DNA of 64,000 bases, taken from Granulicella sp. Lineage in GTDB: Bacteria > Acidobacteriota > Terriglobia > Terriglobales > Acidobacteriaceae. A program made the position numbers and the translations under genes. Location: assembly GCA_027339965.1 (NCBI GenBank), contig DAHWNL010000078.1, forward strand, positions 64,001-128,000, written 5' to 3'. The notes under the pieces were generated by a model that did no database searches, was not told where the DNA came from, and saw only the letters and a list, made by a program, of their open reading frames with translations. How positions within the stretch are numbered: the stretch's first letter is position 1; each line of letters opens with the position of its first letter. Below, piece after piece: positions 48,898 through 59,302 of the stretch.

Positions 48898-50088
48898 ATG
48901 GATGTTGCAGTTGAGCAAGCAGAACGCTTATACCCATTCGTCCTCACCGAAGACCAGGAGGCGCTGCGCAGGGAGATTCGCCATTTCGCCGCGCGCGAGA
49001 TCGCGCCGTTCATCATGGAGTGGGACGAGAAGAGTGAGTTTCCCGTTGCGGCTGTCAAGAAGCTGGGGGAGATGGGGCTACTGGGCGTGATCTTTCCCTC
49101 CGAGTACGGCGGCGCTGGGATGGGGTACGTCGACTATGTGCTGGCCATCGAGGAGCTCTCCGCCGTCGATGGCTCCATCGGCCTGACCGTGGCGGCGCAT
49201 AACTCACTGGGCTCCAATCACATCTTTTTGGCCGGCAATGAAGAACAGCGGCGAAGATATCTCCCCAAACTGGCAACCGGCCAATCTCTGGCCGCCTGGG
49301 GGCTCACGGAGCCCGGGTCCGGCTCCGACGCCGGAGGCGCGCGAACCACCGCCGTGCGCAAAGGCAACCGATGGATTCTCAACGGAACCAAGACGTTTAT
49401 CACCAACGGACACTTCGCTGATGTGCTGGTGGTGATCGCCGTGACGGACAAGTCCAAAGGAACGCACGGCCTCTCGGCCTTTGTGGTGGAAAAAGATACC
49501 AAAGGCTTTCGCGCGGGAAAGAAGGAGAACAAGCTCGGACTGCGGGCCAGCGACACCTCCGAGCTGATTTTTGAGGACTGCGAGATTCCCGCCGAAAACC
49601 TGCTGGGCGCGGAAGGGGAAGGATTCGTGGATGCAATGCGAATTCTGGACGGCGGCCGTATCTCGATTGCGGCGCTCTCTCTGGGCATCGCGCGCGGAGC
49701 TTTGGACGCCGCACTGCGTTACGTCAAGGAACGCCGCCAGTTCGGAAAAGCCATCGCGGAGTTTCAGGGAATCCAGTGGAAGCTGGCCGATATGGCCACC
49801 GAGTTGGATGCGGCACGCCTGCTCACGCAACGCGCAGCGCTGTTGAAGGATGCCGGGCGAAGGATCACCCGAGAGTCGGCTATGGCCAAGCTCTTTGCCA
49901 GTGAGGTGGCTGTGCAGATCTGCAATGAGGCGGTACAGTTGTTCGGCGGCTACGGTTTCATCAAAGACTATCCGGCCGAGAAGTTCTATCGTGACGTCAA
50001 GCTGTGCACCATCGGAGAGGGAACCAGTGAGATCCAACGCATGGTCATCGCGCGCGAAATCCTGAAGGTGCAACCCTCCCGCGGATAA
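48898..50088 (+). CDS. acyl-CoA dehydrogenase (branched/short-chain)
   Basis: [50 protein letters not shown]. Confidence 0.93.
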   Translation: MDVAVEQAERLYPFVLTEDQEALRREIRHFAAREIAPFIMEWDEKSEFPVAAVKKLGEMGLLGVIFPSEYGGAGMGYVDYVLAIEELSAVDGSIGLTVAAHNSLGSNHIFLAGNEEQRRRYLPKLATGQSLAAWGLTEPGSGSDAGGARTTAVRKGNRWILNGTKTFITNGHFADVLVVIAVTDKSKGTHGLSAFVVEKDTKGFRAGKKENKLGLRASDTSELIFEDCEIPAENLLGAEGEGFVDAMRILDGGRISIAALSLGIARGALDAALRYVKERRQFGKAIAEFQGIQWKLADMATELDAARLLTQRAALLKDAGRRITRESAMAKLFASEVAVQICNEAVQLFGGYGFIKDYPAEKFYRDVKLCTIGEGTSEIQRMVIAREILKVQPSRG

Positions 50089-50337
50089 AGCAATCCTTCC
50101 TTGGAGGGGAGTTGGCCAAAGCGAGCCTGCCGGGCGATCTCTTACGGGAGATCGCCCGGCTGATGACGCATCCTTTGTGGGGTGTTGCCAGAAAGCTCGC
50201 TGCGGAGATCTGCCCAGGCACCGCCTGCTCGCTCGAAGGCGGCCTGATCCGTTGGTTTCGCCTGAGCTCCTGCATGCGCTCGGCAGCAACCCAAGAGCCG
50301 GAGATCGCAGCCATGAGGCTGGGAAAGAAGAGATGCC

Positions 50338-51249
50338 GTGAACCAAGCCGTCAAGATCGTGGAGTGCCCTCGCGATGCCTGGCAGAGTCTGAGGGGGCAG
50401 ATTCCCACCATGCGCAAAGCCGCTTACCTGCAGCAACTCTTCGAAGCGGGCTTTGAACACATCGATGCGGTCAGCTTCGTCTCCCCCTCGGCCGTCCCGC
50501 AGATGGCGGACTCCGAAGAGGTCCTGCAACGGCTGGCTCCATTGCCGGAAGGACTGGAGTTGATCGGGATCGTCGTCAATCTTCGTGGAGCGCAGCGGGC
50601 CGCTGCTACCGGAAGGATCAACACCCTGGGCTTCCCTTACTCCATCTCGCCCGGATTTCTTCGCCGCAATCAAAACCAGACTCAGTTGGAGGCGCTCCAT
50701 GCGCTGGAGGAGATTCGAAGCCATGCCCACGGCGCCGGTTTGGCCCTGATAGCCTATATCTCCATGGCATTCGGCAATCCTTATGATGATCCCTGGAGCC
50801 TGTCCTCACTGATCGATGCCTGCGCCACCCTGAAGAGCTTCGGCATCGGGCAGGTCTCCCTGGCTGATACCGTGGGCATCGCCACCCCCCCGCAGCTTAT
50901 GCAGGTGGTCACTGAGGTGGTGGCTCAGCATCCAGACCTGGAGATCGGGGTACACCTGCATGCGCGTCGGGACCAGGCCGCTGACCTCGTTCAGGCCGCC
51001 TTTGCCGGCGGCTGTCGCCGCTTTGATGCCGCCATCGGCGGGCTGGGCGGTTGCCCCTTCGCCCAGGACGAGTTGGTAGGAAACATCCCCACCGAGATTC
51101 TTCTTCGGGTGCTCCGCGAACTGGACGCCACCATCCCGCAGATTCAGCCATTGCATGAACTTATCTCCGAGACAGAACGAATTGCCAGCGAGTTCAGCAA
51201 GCATTCCCCAGCGGAGCAGCAGCCCCCGGACCAAGGAGAAACAACGTGA
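50338..51249 (+). CDS. hydroxymethylglutaryl-CoA lyase
   Basis: ECPRDAWQ, SFVSPSAVPQMAD, LADTVG, HLH, GLGGCPFA. Confidence 0.92.
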   Translation: MNQAVKIVECPRDAWQSLRGQIPTMRKAAYLQQLFEAGFEHIDAVSFVSPSAVPQMADSEEVLQRLAPLPEGLELIGIVVNLRGAQRAAATGRINTLGFPYSISPGFLRRNQNQTQLEALHALEEIRSHAHGAGLALIAYISMAFGNPYDDPWSLSSLIDACATLKSFGIGQVSLADTVGIATPPQLMQVVTEVVAQHPDLEIGVHLHARRDQAADLVQAAFAGGCRRFDAAIGGLGGCPFAQDELVGNIPTEILLRVLRELDATIPQIQPLHELISETERIASEFSKHSPAEQQPPDQGETT

Positions 51250-52022
51250 GCTACGCAACGGTTGAGGTGCACGAGCAGGAGTGGGTGCGTAGAATTCGGC
51301 TCAACCGGCCGGAACGGCGCAACGCCCTGACTCCCCAGATGCAGACCGAACTGACCGTCGCCCTCGAGGAGGCCGCCGCCGGAGCCTGCCGCGTAATCGT
51401 GTTAGAGGGGGCCGGCGAAGCATTTTGCTCCGGACTGGATCTATCCGCGCTGCAGGCGGCCAAAGACAAGAGCGCGCTGGAACACCGGGAGGACGCGGAA
51501 CGTGTGTCCCGGCTCTTCCGCACGTTATATGAGCTGCCCAAAGCCACCATCGCCGCAGTGCATGGAGCGGCAATTGCCGGAGGAACCGGTCTGGCCACCA
51601 TCTGCGACTTCACTCTGGCCGCGCCAGAGGCCAAGTTTGGTTACTCAGAGGTGCGGATTGGATTCCTTCCGGCACTCGTCTCGGCCTATCTGGTCCTGCA
51701 GATTGGCGAGAAGCGCGCTCGCGATCTGCTGCTCACTGGAAGGCTCTTTGACGCCGCCGAGGGTCATCGCCTGGGATTGGTCACCGAGGTCGTCGCTGCC
51801 CCCGATCTCGCAGCCCGCGTGCAGGCGCTCGCACAGACGCTCAGCGCAAACAGTCCGGCCGGCGTTCAGGCCACCAAGAAGCTGTTAGCCGCACAGAGCC
51901 AGGCCTGGCTGGATGAGGCCATCGCGCTCTCCCTGCAGGCCAACGCAACCGCCCGGGAGACAGTTGACTTTCAGGAGGGCGTGGCTGCGTTCCTGGAAAA
52001 GCGAAGGCCGCGGTGGCTCTGA
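51246..52022 (+). CDS. enoyl-CoA hydratase (methylglutaconyl-CoA hydratase-like)
   Basis: LNRPERRNAL, FCSGLDL, GAAIAGGTGL, SEVRIGF. Confidence 0.88.
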   Translation: MSYATVEVHEQEWVRRIRLNRPERRNALTPQMQTELTVALEEAAAGACRVIVLEGAGEAFCSGLDLSALQAAKDKSALEHREDAERVSRLFRTLYELPKATIAAVHGAAIAGGTGLATICDFTLAAPEAKFGYSEVRIGFLPALVSAYLVLQIGEKRARDLLLTGRLFDAAEGHRLGLVTEVVAAPDLAARVQALAQTLSANSPAGVQATKKLLAAQSQAWLDEAIALSLQANATARETVDFQEGVAAFLEKRRPRWL

Positions 52023-52217
52023 ACCACGCAAGCAGAGGCGGGATGGAGACCTGCTGGCCCGCTGGCCTCCCAACCCATCCTTGCGTTCTTTGCGTCACTC
52101 GGCACCCTCCCGACGACGCAGCCCGGCATGCGGGACTCACCTCAGCCTTCAAGTTCAACCAGACCCGCGTCTGGTCGAATCGTCACGCTGTAAACCAGCG
52201 AAGTCCCGACCGAAGCG

Positions 52218-53609
52218 TCATAGCCGGTACGCCTTCTTGGCCAATCCGTAGGCCAGCGCATGGGCCAGTTCGACTGCCTCTTCGTGCTCCAGCCGATGGT
52301 CGCGCACCAGCCGGGCCAGAAAGCCACAGTCCATCCGGCGCGCTACATCATGCCGCGCCGGGATCGACAAAAATGCCCGCGTATCGTCATTGAATCCCAC
52401 AGTGTTATAAAAGCCGGCCGTCTCTGTTACGGACTCCCGGAAGCGCCTCATCCCCTCCGGACTGTCAAAGAACCACCAGGGGGGCCCAAGCTTCAAACAC
52501 GGATAGTGTCCAGCCAGCGGGGCCAGCTCGCGGCTATAAGTGCTCTCATCCAGCGTAAAAAGAATGATGCTCAGCCCGGGCTCGTTTCCAAAGGCATCCA
52601 GAAGCGGACGCAGCGCCTGCACATAGTTGGTCGGAGCAGGAATATCCGCTCCCGTATCTCTCCCGTAGTGTTCAAAGATCTCGCGATTATGGTTCCGCAC
52701 GCTCCCCGGATGGATCTGCATCACCAGCCCATCCTCCAGGCTCATCCGCGCCATCTCGGTTAGCATCTGGGCCCGGAACATCTCCTGTCTGGCGGGATCG
52801 GCTCGTCCTTCCAACACCTCGGCAAAGACCCTCTCTGCCTCTGCGGACGAAAGATCTGCTGTCTGTGCCGTCGGATGTCCATGATCGGTAGCCGTGCAGC
52901 CGAGCGCCCGGAATCGCTCCCGGGCGCAGCGTAGCGCCCTCAGGTATCCTTTCCACGTCGAAGTGTCTTCTCCGGTCAGACCACAGAGCTCTTCGACGTT
53001 GCTTGCAAATCCCTTGAACTCCGGGTCCACCACTGGATCCGGGCGAAACGTGGGCACAATCCTTCCCTTCCATCCCGATCTCAGAATCGCCTTGTGATCC
53101 TCCAGCGAGTCCAGGGGGGAGTCGGTCGTCGCCAGTACCTCCATGCTGAAGCGTTCGTAGAGTGCGCGAGGCAAAAACTCCGGCGTCTTCAGCTTTGCGG
53201 AGATCGTATCAAAATACTCTTCGGCTGTGCTCTCCGACAGACGCTCCTGCAGCCCAAACAGTTCCTGGAAGCAGTAATCCAGCCAGATGCGCGTCGGCGT
53301 TCCTCGAAAGAGATAATAATGGCGAGCGAATATCCTCCACACCTTTCTCGGATTCTTGATCTCTGCCTGCCCTATCTCTAAATCCTCCATCGACACGCCC
53401 TGGCTGTATAGCATGCGGTAGATATAGTGATCGGGTTGCACAAAGAGTGTCGCGGGGTCTGGAAAAGGCTGGTTGTGTGCAAACCATGCTGCCTGCGTAT
53501 GCCCATGCGGACTCACGATGGGCAAGCTTCGCACCTGTTCATACAGCGCCTTGGAAATGGCCAGAGCGCCAGGTTCCGCAGGGAAAAGATAATCTTTGTG
53601 AATCAACAT
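52218..53609 (-). CDS. uxaC: glucuronate (uronate) isomerase
   Basis: PIVSPHGH, PDHYIYRMLYSQG, PTFRPD, ATDHGH, GPPWWF, GFNDDTRAF. Confidence 0.95.
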   Translation of the reverse strand: MLIHKDYLFPAEPGALAISKALYEQVRSLPIVSPHGHTQAAWFAHNQPFPDPATLFVQPDHYIYRMLYSQGVSMEDLEIGQAEIKNPRKVWRIFARHYYLFRGTPTRIWLDYCFQELFGLQERLSESTAEEYFDTISAKLKTPEFLPRALYERFSMEVLATTDSPLDSLEDHKAILRSGWKGRIVPTFRPDPVVDPEFKGFASNVEELCGLTGEDTSTWKGYLRALRCARERFRALGCTATDHGHPTAQTADLSSAEAERVFAEVLEGRADPARQEMFRAQMLTEMARMSLEDGLVMQIHPGSVRNHNREIFEHYGRDTGADIPAPTNYVQALRPLLDAFGNEPGLSIILFTLDESTYSRELAPLAGHYPCLKLGPPWWFFDSPEGMRRFRESVTETAGFYNTVGFNDDTRAFLSIPARHDVARRMDCGFLARLVRDHRLEHEEAVELAHALAYGLAKKAYRL

Positions 53610-53940
53610 GACCAGGCACTCTCTCTTTCAGGGATGGAGGCTCTCTCCGAAGATCATATTCTTACGCGGTCTGAACACTTAAACAGGGTTCCGAAAGCGA
53701 AACAAATCCGTTCAGCAATAGTTAGGCTCCCTGCTCATTCGGACCTTCCTGCCGTCGCTTGTTCTGATCGAACTTCTCCAAACCGGTTTCCATTGCCACC
53801 CCAAGCCCGCCGGCCCCGCCCGGATTCCGAGACGTTCTTCCCATTTTTCTCTGCCTGCCTGATATCCGGCGGCAGACGATTCATCTCCCAAGCATGCCAA
53901 GCTCCGGCTGCGCCAAGTAACCCTCAACGAAGCATGCTCT

Positions 53941-54876
53941 TCAGGCCGGCAAAGTCCGGGCACCATCCGCTCGCCGGTCCACCATCCGCAGATACTCCTG
54001 AGTCAAGAGCAGGCGAAGCGTCCGGTCCGTTTCTGGAGCGCAGGGGGTCTCAAGAGAGCGGCAGCGATCAATGGCCCGGCGCAGATCCCCGAGAAATGCA
54101 ACGCACGGCCGGCAACCCTCGATATGCTTCCGAATCTTTTCGCACCTTGGCTCCACGACCCGCCCATCCATGTACTCGGAAAGATTGGCGAAGATCTCCC
54201 GGCAGGTCTTTGGCTGGGGGCGCACCCCGGCCTGCCTGCCCCTGCGCTCGCGCACTGCCGCAGGAGCCACTCGGTTCTCTGGCTCGACTCCTTCGCCAGT
54301 CGTTGTGTCCGCGGCGGCGAGAAGCTTTCTCAGTTGCAGCCTCGCCCGGTGCAGCCTTACCCTTACCGTTCCCTGCTCTATTCCCAGCACTTGAGCGATC
54401 TGTTCGGTCTCCAAATCCTCCATATCATGGAGCACCAACACCATCCGGTAAGGTGGAGGCAGCATCAGGATCGCCTCCTGAAGGCGTTGGTTCTGTTCAG
54501 CTCTGGAAACCAGTGTCTCCGGATTGGGATTCGGATCCTTCAGTAACTGGCTCAGTTCGGATTCGGCGGGAGTCAGTTCACTCAACGAAAGCATCTGGAC
54601 TGGGGCTTCACTCACCTTGCGCCGCATCCTCCAACAGCGATTGCGCGCTACCTTATACAGCCACACCGCAAGCGCCTTCGGCTCAGTGATCTTGGCCAAA
54701 TGGGGTAGCGACCGCACAAAAACCTCCTGCGCGGTGTCCTCAGCGTCCTCCGTGTGGCCGCATATCTTCATGCTGAAGGCATACACAGTGTTCTGCAGCA
54801 GTTCCAAGGCTTCGTTGACCGCGGCGGCATCCTTTTGCTGCAGCAGGCCGGTTGCTCGAATCAGTTCCGGACGCAT
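53941..54876 (-). CDS. ECF sigma factor fused to a C-terminal zinc-binding anti-sigma (zf-HC2/ZAS) domain
   Basis: DAEDTAQEVF, WLYKVARN, GTVRVRLHRAR, then CREIFANLSEYMDG...HIEGCRPC; TAGGAG RBS. Confidence 0.85.
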   Translation of the reverse strand: MRPELIRATGLLQQKDAAAVNEALELLQNTVYAFSMKICGHTEDAEDTAQEVFVRSLPHLAKITEPKALAVWLYKVARNRCWRMRRKVSEAPVQMLSLSELTPAESELSQLLKDPNPNPETLVSRAEQNQRLQEAILMLPPPYRMVLVLHDMEDLETEQIAQVLGIEQGTVRVRLHRARLQLRKLLAAADTTTGEGVEPENRVAPAAVRERRGRQAGVRPQPKTCREIFANLSEYMDGRVVEPRCEKIRKHIEGCRPCVAFLGDLRRAIDRCRSLETPCAPETDRTLRLLLTQEYLRMVDRRADGARTLPA

Positions 54877-56174
54877 TGATCTCCTATAGCCCCATCGTTC
54901 TATCCCAGCGCGCCCCAGTTCTCGGTGCGCTCCTTCCTCCATTCTAAAGCTCTGGCTTTCCTGCAATCGGGTCAGTCCCTTGATCTGGTATGAAAAAGAT
55001 CCGCTCAGGCGTCAGACGCTACGACCACCTGCTCGAAGGACTTCAACTGGTCAAAAATTCTTCCGATGCCGCCAAGGGCGAAGTTCTCGACGCGCGCTGC
55101 GCCGCTTTGTTCTTGCCCGGGATCACCTTGGTCCCGGTCTGATCAATGTCTATGCTGAAATGCTCATCGTGGTTCAACTCCAGCGGTGCGGAGCAGAGGA
55201 TACATCGCGGCCATCCGCTCACTTCCTGGAGCCCCCTCACGACCGCCCTCGATCCATTTGCCCACAAGTTGTCCAGAGTCAGGGATGGCTCTCGAACCAC
55301 AGCCAGCACTGCCCTGAACACGGCCTTCACGTTCAGGATGCACAAGAAGGGCGTCTTGCCCGGAAGCCGTTGTTGGCTCCCGCTGAAATCACGGTCCGCT
55401 TGGAACGAAAGGCATAGGCCACAACCACCGACGCGTTGGACTGGGCGCAAAGCCGGGGCTCCCACCCGCCCGTGCCTCCCTTCTACCCCGGGTAGCTATG
55501 GGCAACTCATTCGCTCTGCTTGCCCGCCGTCGTCATTCTGGCTTAGCCCATGACCATTCCCACTGCCCTTTGTCGCATTTCATCCAACGCGGCCCCGAGG
55601 CAAAGGCCTGCCGTGGCCCTTGCTCAGGCCATATTTAAGCCCGGGATCACGCACTCCTTCCATCCAGGATCAATAGGATCGCCCTACAAGGTAACGGCGC
55701 AGCTTTCTGCTTCACTGGACGCCCTGCCAGGATCGGTCATTCCTCTGAACGATAACCAATGTTTAAGAAGGAAGATTCATATCTCCCGGCGAGTATTTCA
55801 TCAAGCTCTCCACTCCCGTTGACCAACCTGTTCCGCCCTATGCAGTCACGATGCGCAGCCGGCTTCGAGGAGCAGCAACGAGAAATCCGCATTTGGACAA
55901 TGCACCAGCGATCCATCTTCCGTCACATGCATTCTGGTCCCCAACTCATTGTGTACAGACGCCGTAAGCATTCGGTGACGATAATCACATACAACCTTCC
56001 TTCGATCTTGATCTGATACATAGCAACGACACTGAGACGATCCGGTGCGCTTCAGTTGCATTCGATATTTCAAAGAGCTTGCAGGTGGAGGAGCGTTTTC
56101 GGACCGTTGGCTGAGATGCAGGTGCCGTGCCATACCTGGAACCAAACAACATTAAATTGATCGAAGGAGAAACG

Positions 56175-56756
56175 ATGAAGCGCATTCTTTCAGTAACTTT
56201 CGTGTTGCTGAGCACAGCAGTTGCCGCGCAGGCGGGAACGATCCACGGTAAGGTGACCGGCGCCAAAGGGCAGTCCGTCGTCTACATTGACGCTATTGCA
56301 GGCAAGACCTTCCCTGCCCCATCGCAGCACGCGGTGATGGATCAAAAGGGTTTGATGTTCGCGCCCCATATTCTGGCGATCCTGAAGGGAACCACTGTGG
56401 ACTTCAAGAACGAAGACAGCGTGGAGCACAACGTGTTCTGGCCTTCCATCAGTGGCAACAAGAGTCTTGGCCACAATATGGGAACCTGGCCGACCGGTCA
56501 ACAACGCAGTTTCAAGTTCGATACTGCTGGAATCGTTCCCCTCCTCTGCAACGTGCATCCCGATATGTATGGTTTTATCGTGGTTTCGCCGACGCCCTAC
56601 TATGCAATAACCGACAAAACAGGCGCCTTCACGATCTCCAATGTTCCCAACGGCACCTATAGCGTGACTGGATGGAACGAGCGAGACAAGATGCGCACCC
56701 ACACCGTTCAGGTTACGGTAAACGGCGATGTAACAGCGACCATTCCCCTGAAGTGA
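56175..56756 (+). CDS. exported cupredoxin-domain protein
   Basis: Signal peptide; HNVF plus CNVHPDM type-1 copper-like ligands; C-terminal prealbumin-like fold; AAGGAG RBS. Confidence 0.75.
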   Translation: MKRILSVTFVLLSTAVAAQAGTIHGKVTGAKGQSVVYIDAIAGKTFPAPSQHAVMDQKGLMFAPHILAILKGTTVDFKNEDSVEHNVFWPSISGNKSLGHNMGTWPTGQQRSFKFDTAGIVPLLCNVHPDMYGFIVVSPTPYYAITDKTGAFTISNVPNGTYSVTGWNERDKMRTHTVQVTVNGDVTATIPLK

Positions 56757-56826
56757 CAGGCGATCCTAGGGCGGGAAATCTCGCAATCCGGTTGCACCAT
56801 AGCGCCCCAGCAGAGAGACAGCCATC

Positions 56827-58800
56827 ATGCTGAAGAGATTTGAAAACAAAGCGGTCGACGCGGGATGGCTGAACAGCAATTTCCCCTGCATGATGGCATG
56901 CCCGGCTCATACCAATGCGGGACGGTATGTTGCGCTTATTGCGGAAGGCAAGTACGAAGATGCCTATCGCTATGCGCGTGGTCCAAATCCTTTGGCCAGC
57001 GTCTGTGGCCGGGTTTGCGCTCACCCCTGCGAAACTGCCTGCCGCCGCGGTGAGATTGATCGCCCTATCTCGATCCGGGCTCTCAAACGCTTTTTGACCG
57101 AGCGTCACGGACCTGAGTCCCGGCGGCCCGTTGATATAAATGCTGGTCGCAGACAGGAAAAGCTGCCCTTCAAAATTGCGATTGTGGGAGCCGGACCGGT
57201 TGGCCTTTCAGCCGCTCATGACCTCGCGGTGATGGGCTACTCGGTCACAATCTTTGAGGCCGCGCCGGTAGCAGGCGGCATGCTCCATCTCGGTCTACCG
57301 GAGTACCGGCTTCCTCGCAGTGTGATCCAGGCGCAAGTACGCGAAATCCTTGCAACCGGAGATATCACGCTAAAACTCAACCATGCCGCGGGCCGAGATT
57401 TCACCGTCTCCGGCCTGCGCAGTCAGGGCTTCGATGCGGTTCTGATTGCCGTCGGAGCCCATCGCAGCCGCGACCTTTCCATTCCAGGAGTTGATCTCGA
57501 CGGCGTCCATAAGGGCATCGACTTCCTCCTGAACGTCAATCTTGGCTATCAATTCACCATCGGCAAGAAAGTGGTCGTGATTGGAGGCGGCAATGTCGCC
57601 ATGGATGTGGCCCGTTCGGCAGCCCGAGAGGTGCTTCGCCAGCATTCCGCTGGAGTGCAGGAACAGGAACCTCTCCAGGAGAATGTCAACGCTGTCGCTG
57701 CCAAGGAGATGATGGACATCTCCCTTTCAGCCCTTCGCCTCGGCGCCAGTGAAGTTCATCTGGTATGCCTTGAAAGCCGAGCAGAAATGCCCGCATCCGA
57801 CGAAGAGATCGCTGAAGCCGAGGAAGAAGGAATCATCCTGCACCCCGGACTCGGCCCAAAGCGTATGATCGGCGGCCCTGACGGCGTTACCGCCCTCGAA
57901 GTGCTTAAAACCAAGCAAGTCTTCGATGCGGACGGCCGCTTTAATCCCACATTCTATGAAAACAGCGAGTTTCAACTCGATTGCGACACAATCATCATGG
58001 CCATCGGCCAGGCTCCACGGCTTGACTTCCTCCAGCCGCAGGATGGGGTTGAAATCTCACGCCGGGGTCTGATCGCCGTAGAACCGCGCACGCTCATGAC
58101 CACATCTCCGGGAGTCTTTGCTGGTGGCGACTGCGCATTTGGACCCCGCCTGATCATCGACAGCGTCGCGGACGGCAAGCGAGCAGCGATGGGAATCGAT
58201 GAGTACCTCCGAGGGACTCGTCATCCGGAGCCGACGATCGAGGTCGAGGTCCTGCAACGCCACAGCATGCCGCTCAATCTCCTGGATCTTGTACGGAACG
58301 ACCCTCCCCTGCTTCCCCTGGACCGTCGGACCGGCGTCACCGAGGTCGAAACGGTTTACGACGAAGAGACAGCCCGGGCAGAAGCGCAACGCTGCCTACA
58401 CTGCTGGGTTAACACGATCTTCGAGGGCAGCCCCCTGGATGGAAGTCAATGCATCCTCTGTGGTGGTTGCGTGGATGTGTGCCCAGAGAATTGTCTTGAG
58501 CTGGTAAGCCTGGATCGCTTCGATTTCCAGCCAGCAGTCGTTGAACAGCTTGTTGCCAACGAGAGCCTCCTCACCGTGGAGCTGGATGATGTTCGAGCGA
58601 AGGAGCTTGGCACGATCTCCGGCTCCGTAATGCTGAAAGACGAGACGCGGTGCATCCGTTGCGGCCTCTGCGCAGCACGATGCCCGGTGGGCACGATCAC
58701 CATGGAATCCTACAACCTGATCCCGGCCGAACCGACCGGGCTCATCTCCCCTGAATCCATCGAAGCGCCTCTGCGCGCGACGTTGGCAAACAGAAAGTGA
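56827..58800 (+). CDS. FAD/NAD(P)-dependent Fe-S oxidoreductase (GltD/NfnB/DsrL-like) with C-terminal 2x[4Fe-4S] domain
   Basis: CMMACP, CGRVCAHPCETAC, GAGPVG, GGGNVAMD, FAGGD, RCLHC, CILCGGCVDVCP, CIRCGLCAARCP. Confidence 0.88.
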   Translation: MLKRFENKAVDAGWLNSNFPCMMACPAHTNAGRYVALIAEGKYEDAYRYARGPNPLASVCGRVCAHPCETACRRGEIDRPISIRALKRFLTERHGPESRRPVDINAGRRQEKLPFKIAIVGAGPVGLSAAHDLAVMGYSVTIFEAAPVAGGMLHLGLPEYRLPRSVIQAQVREILATGDITLKLNHAAGRDFTVSGLRSQGFDAVLIAVGAHRSRDLSIPGVDLDGVHKGIDFLLNVNLGYQFTIGKKVVVIGGGNVAMDVARSAAREVLRQHSAGVQEQEPLQENVNAVAAKEMMDISLSALRLGASEVHLVCLESRAEMPASDEEIAEAEEEGIILHPGLGPKRMIGGPDGVTALEVLKTKQVFDADGRFNPTFYENSEFQLDCDTIIMAIGQAPRLDFLQPQDGVEISRRGLIAVEPRTLMTTSPGVFAGGDCAFGPRLIIDSVADGKRAAMGIDEYLRGTRHPEPTIEVEVLQRHSMPLNLLDLVRNDPPLLPLDRRTGVTEVETVYDEETARAEAQRCLHCWVNTIFEGSPLDGSQCILCGGCVDVCPENCLELVSLDRFDFQPAVVEQLVANESLLTVELDDVRAKELGTISGSVMLKDETRCIRCGLCAARCPVGTITMESYNLIPAEPTGLISPESIEAPLRATLANRK

Positions 58801-58807
58801 GCCAACT

Positions 58808-59299
58808 ATGACCACTACAAAAGACACCTATATCGTTCAGGAAGGCGCGGTGCTCGATCGCAGGGAGTTTTTCACCAAGCTCGGTCTCGGCTCTCTGGGC
58901 GTTGCAGCCGTTGGTACATTGGCGTTTTACTACCAGTACCTTTCACCCAACGTACTCTTTGAACCATCCCCCATTGTGAACGCCGGAGCTATTGATCGGT
59001 ATCCTCTGGGCTCCGTCACGCTCGATGTCAACTCAGCAATCTACCTCGTTCATATAGCCAGAGGCTACTTCTCTCTCAGCGCTATTTGCACTCACCTGGG
59101 CTGTATGACCGCGTGGAAGCCCGAGCTCAACATGATCGCATGTCCATGCCATGGAAGCCGCTTCAACCGCGAAGGGCAAAAGCTGGCAGGTCCGGCGCCT
59201 AAACCTCTTCCATGGCTAAAAACCTGGTTGAGTGACGATGGAGAACTCATGGTCGATCGCTCCATTACGATTCCACAGTTCCAATTCTTGAGGGTATAA
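58808..59299 (+). CDS. Rieske [2Fe-2S] subunit of a Rieske/cytochrome b complex
   Basis: Tat-like LDRREFF, CTHLGC, CPCHGSRF, GPAPKPL. Confidence 0.93.
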   Translation: MTTTKDTYIVQEGAVLDRREFFTKLGLGSLGVAAVGTLAFYYQYLSPNVLFEPSPIVNAGAIDRYPLGSVTLDVNSAIYLVHIARGYFSLSAICTHLGCMTAWKPELNMIACPCHGSRFNREGQKLAGPAPKPLPWLKTWLSDDGELMVDRSITIPQFQFLRV

Positions 59300-59302
59300 A
59301 AG

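Noticed and set aside
54980..56022. FNR/CRP-like boxes (TTGATCTGGTATGAA at 54980; TTGATCTGATACAT near 56008)
   Set aside because: Only the TTGAT half-site matches; the second half or the spacing does not fit TTGAT-N4-ATCAA.
54980..56100. Short ORFs between the ECF sigma gene and the cupredoxin gene
   Set aside because: No coherent protein signal; treated as intergenic or degraded sequence.
56827..58800. True dsrL handling the sulfite released by SuyAB
   Set aside because: No dsrAB or other dsr genes in the window; the context is a Rieske/cytb operon 30 kb from suyAB.
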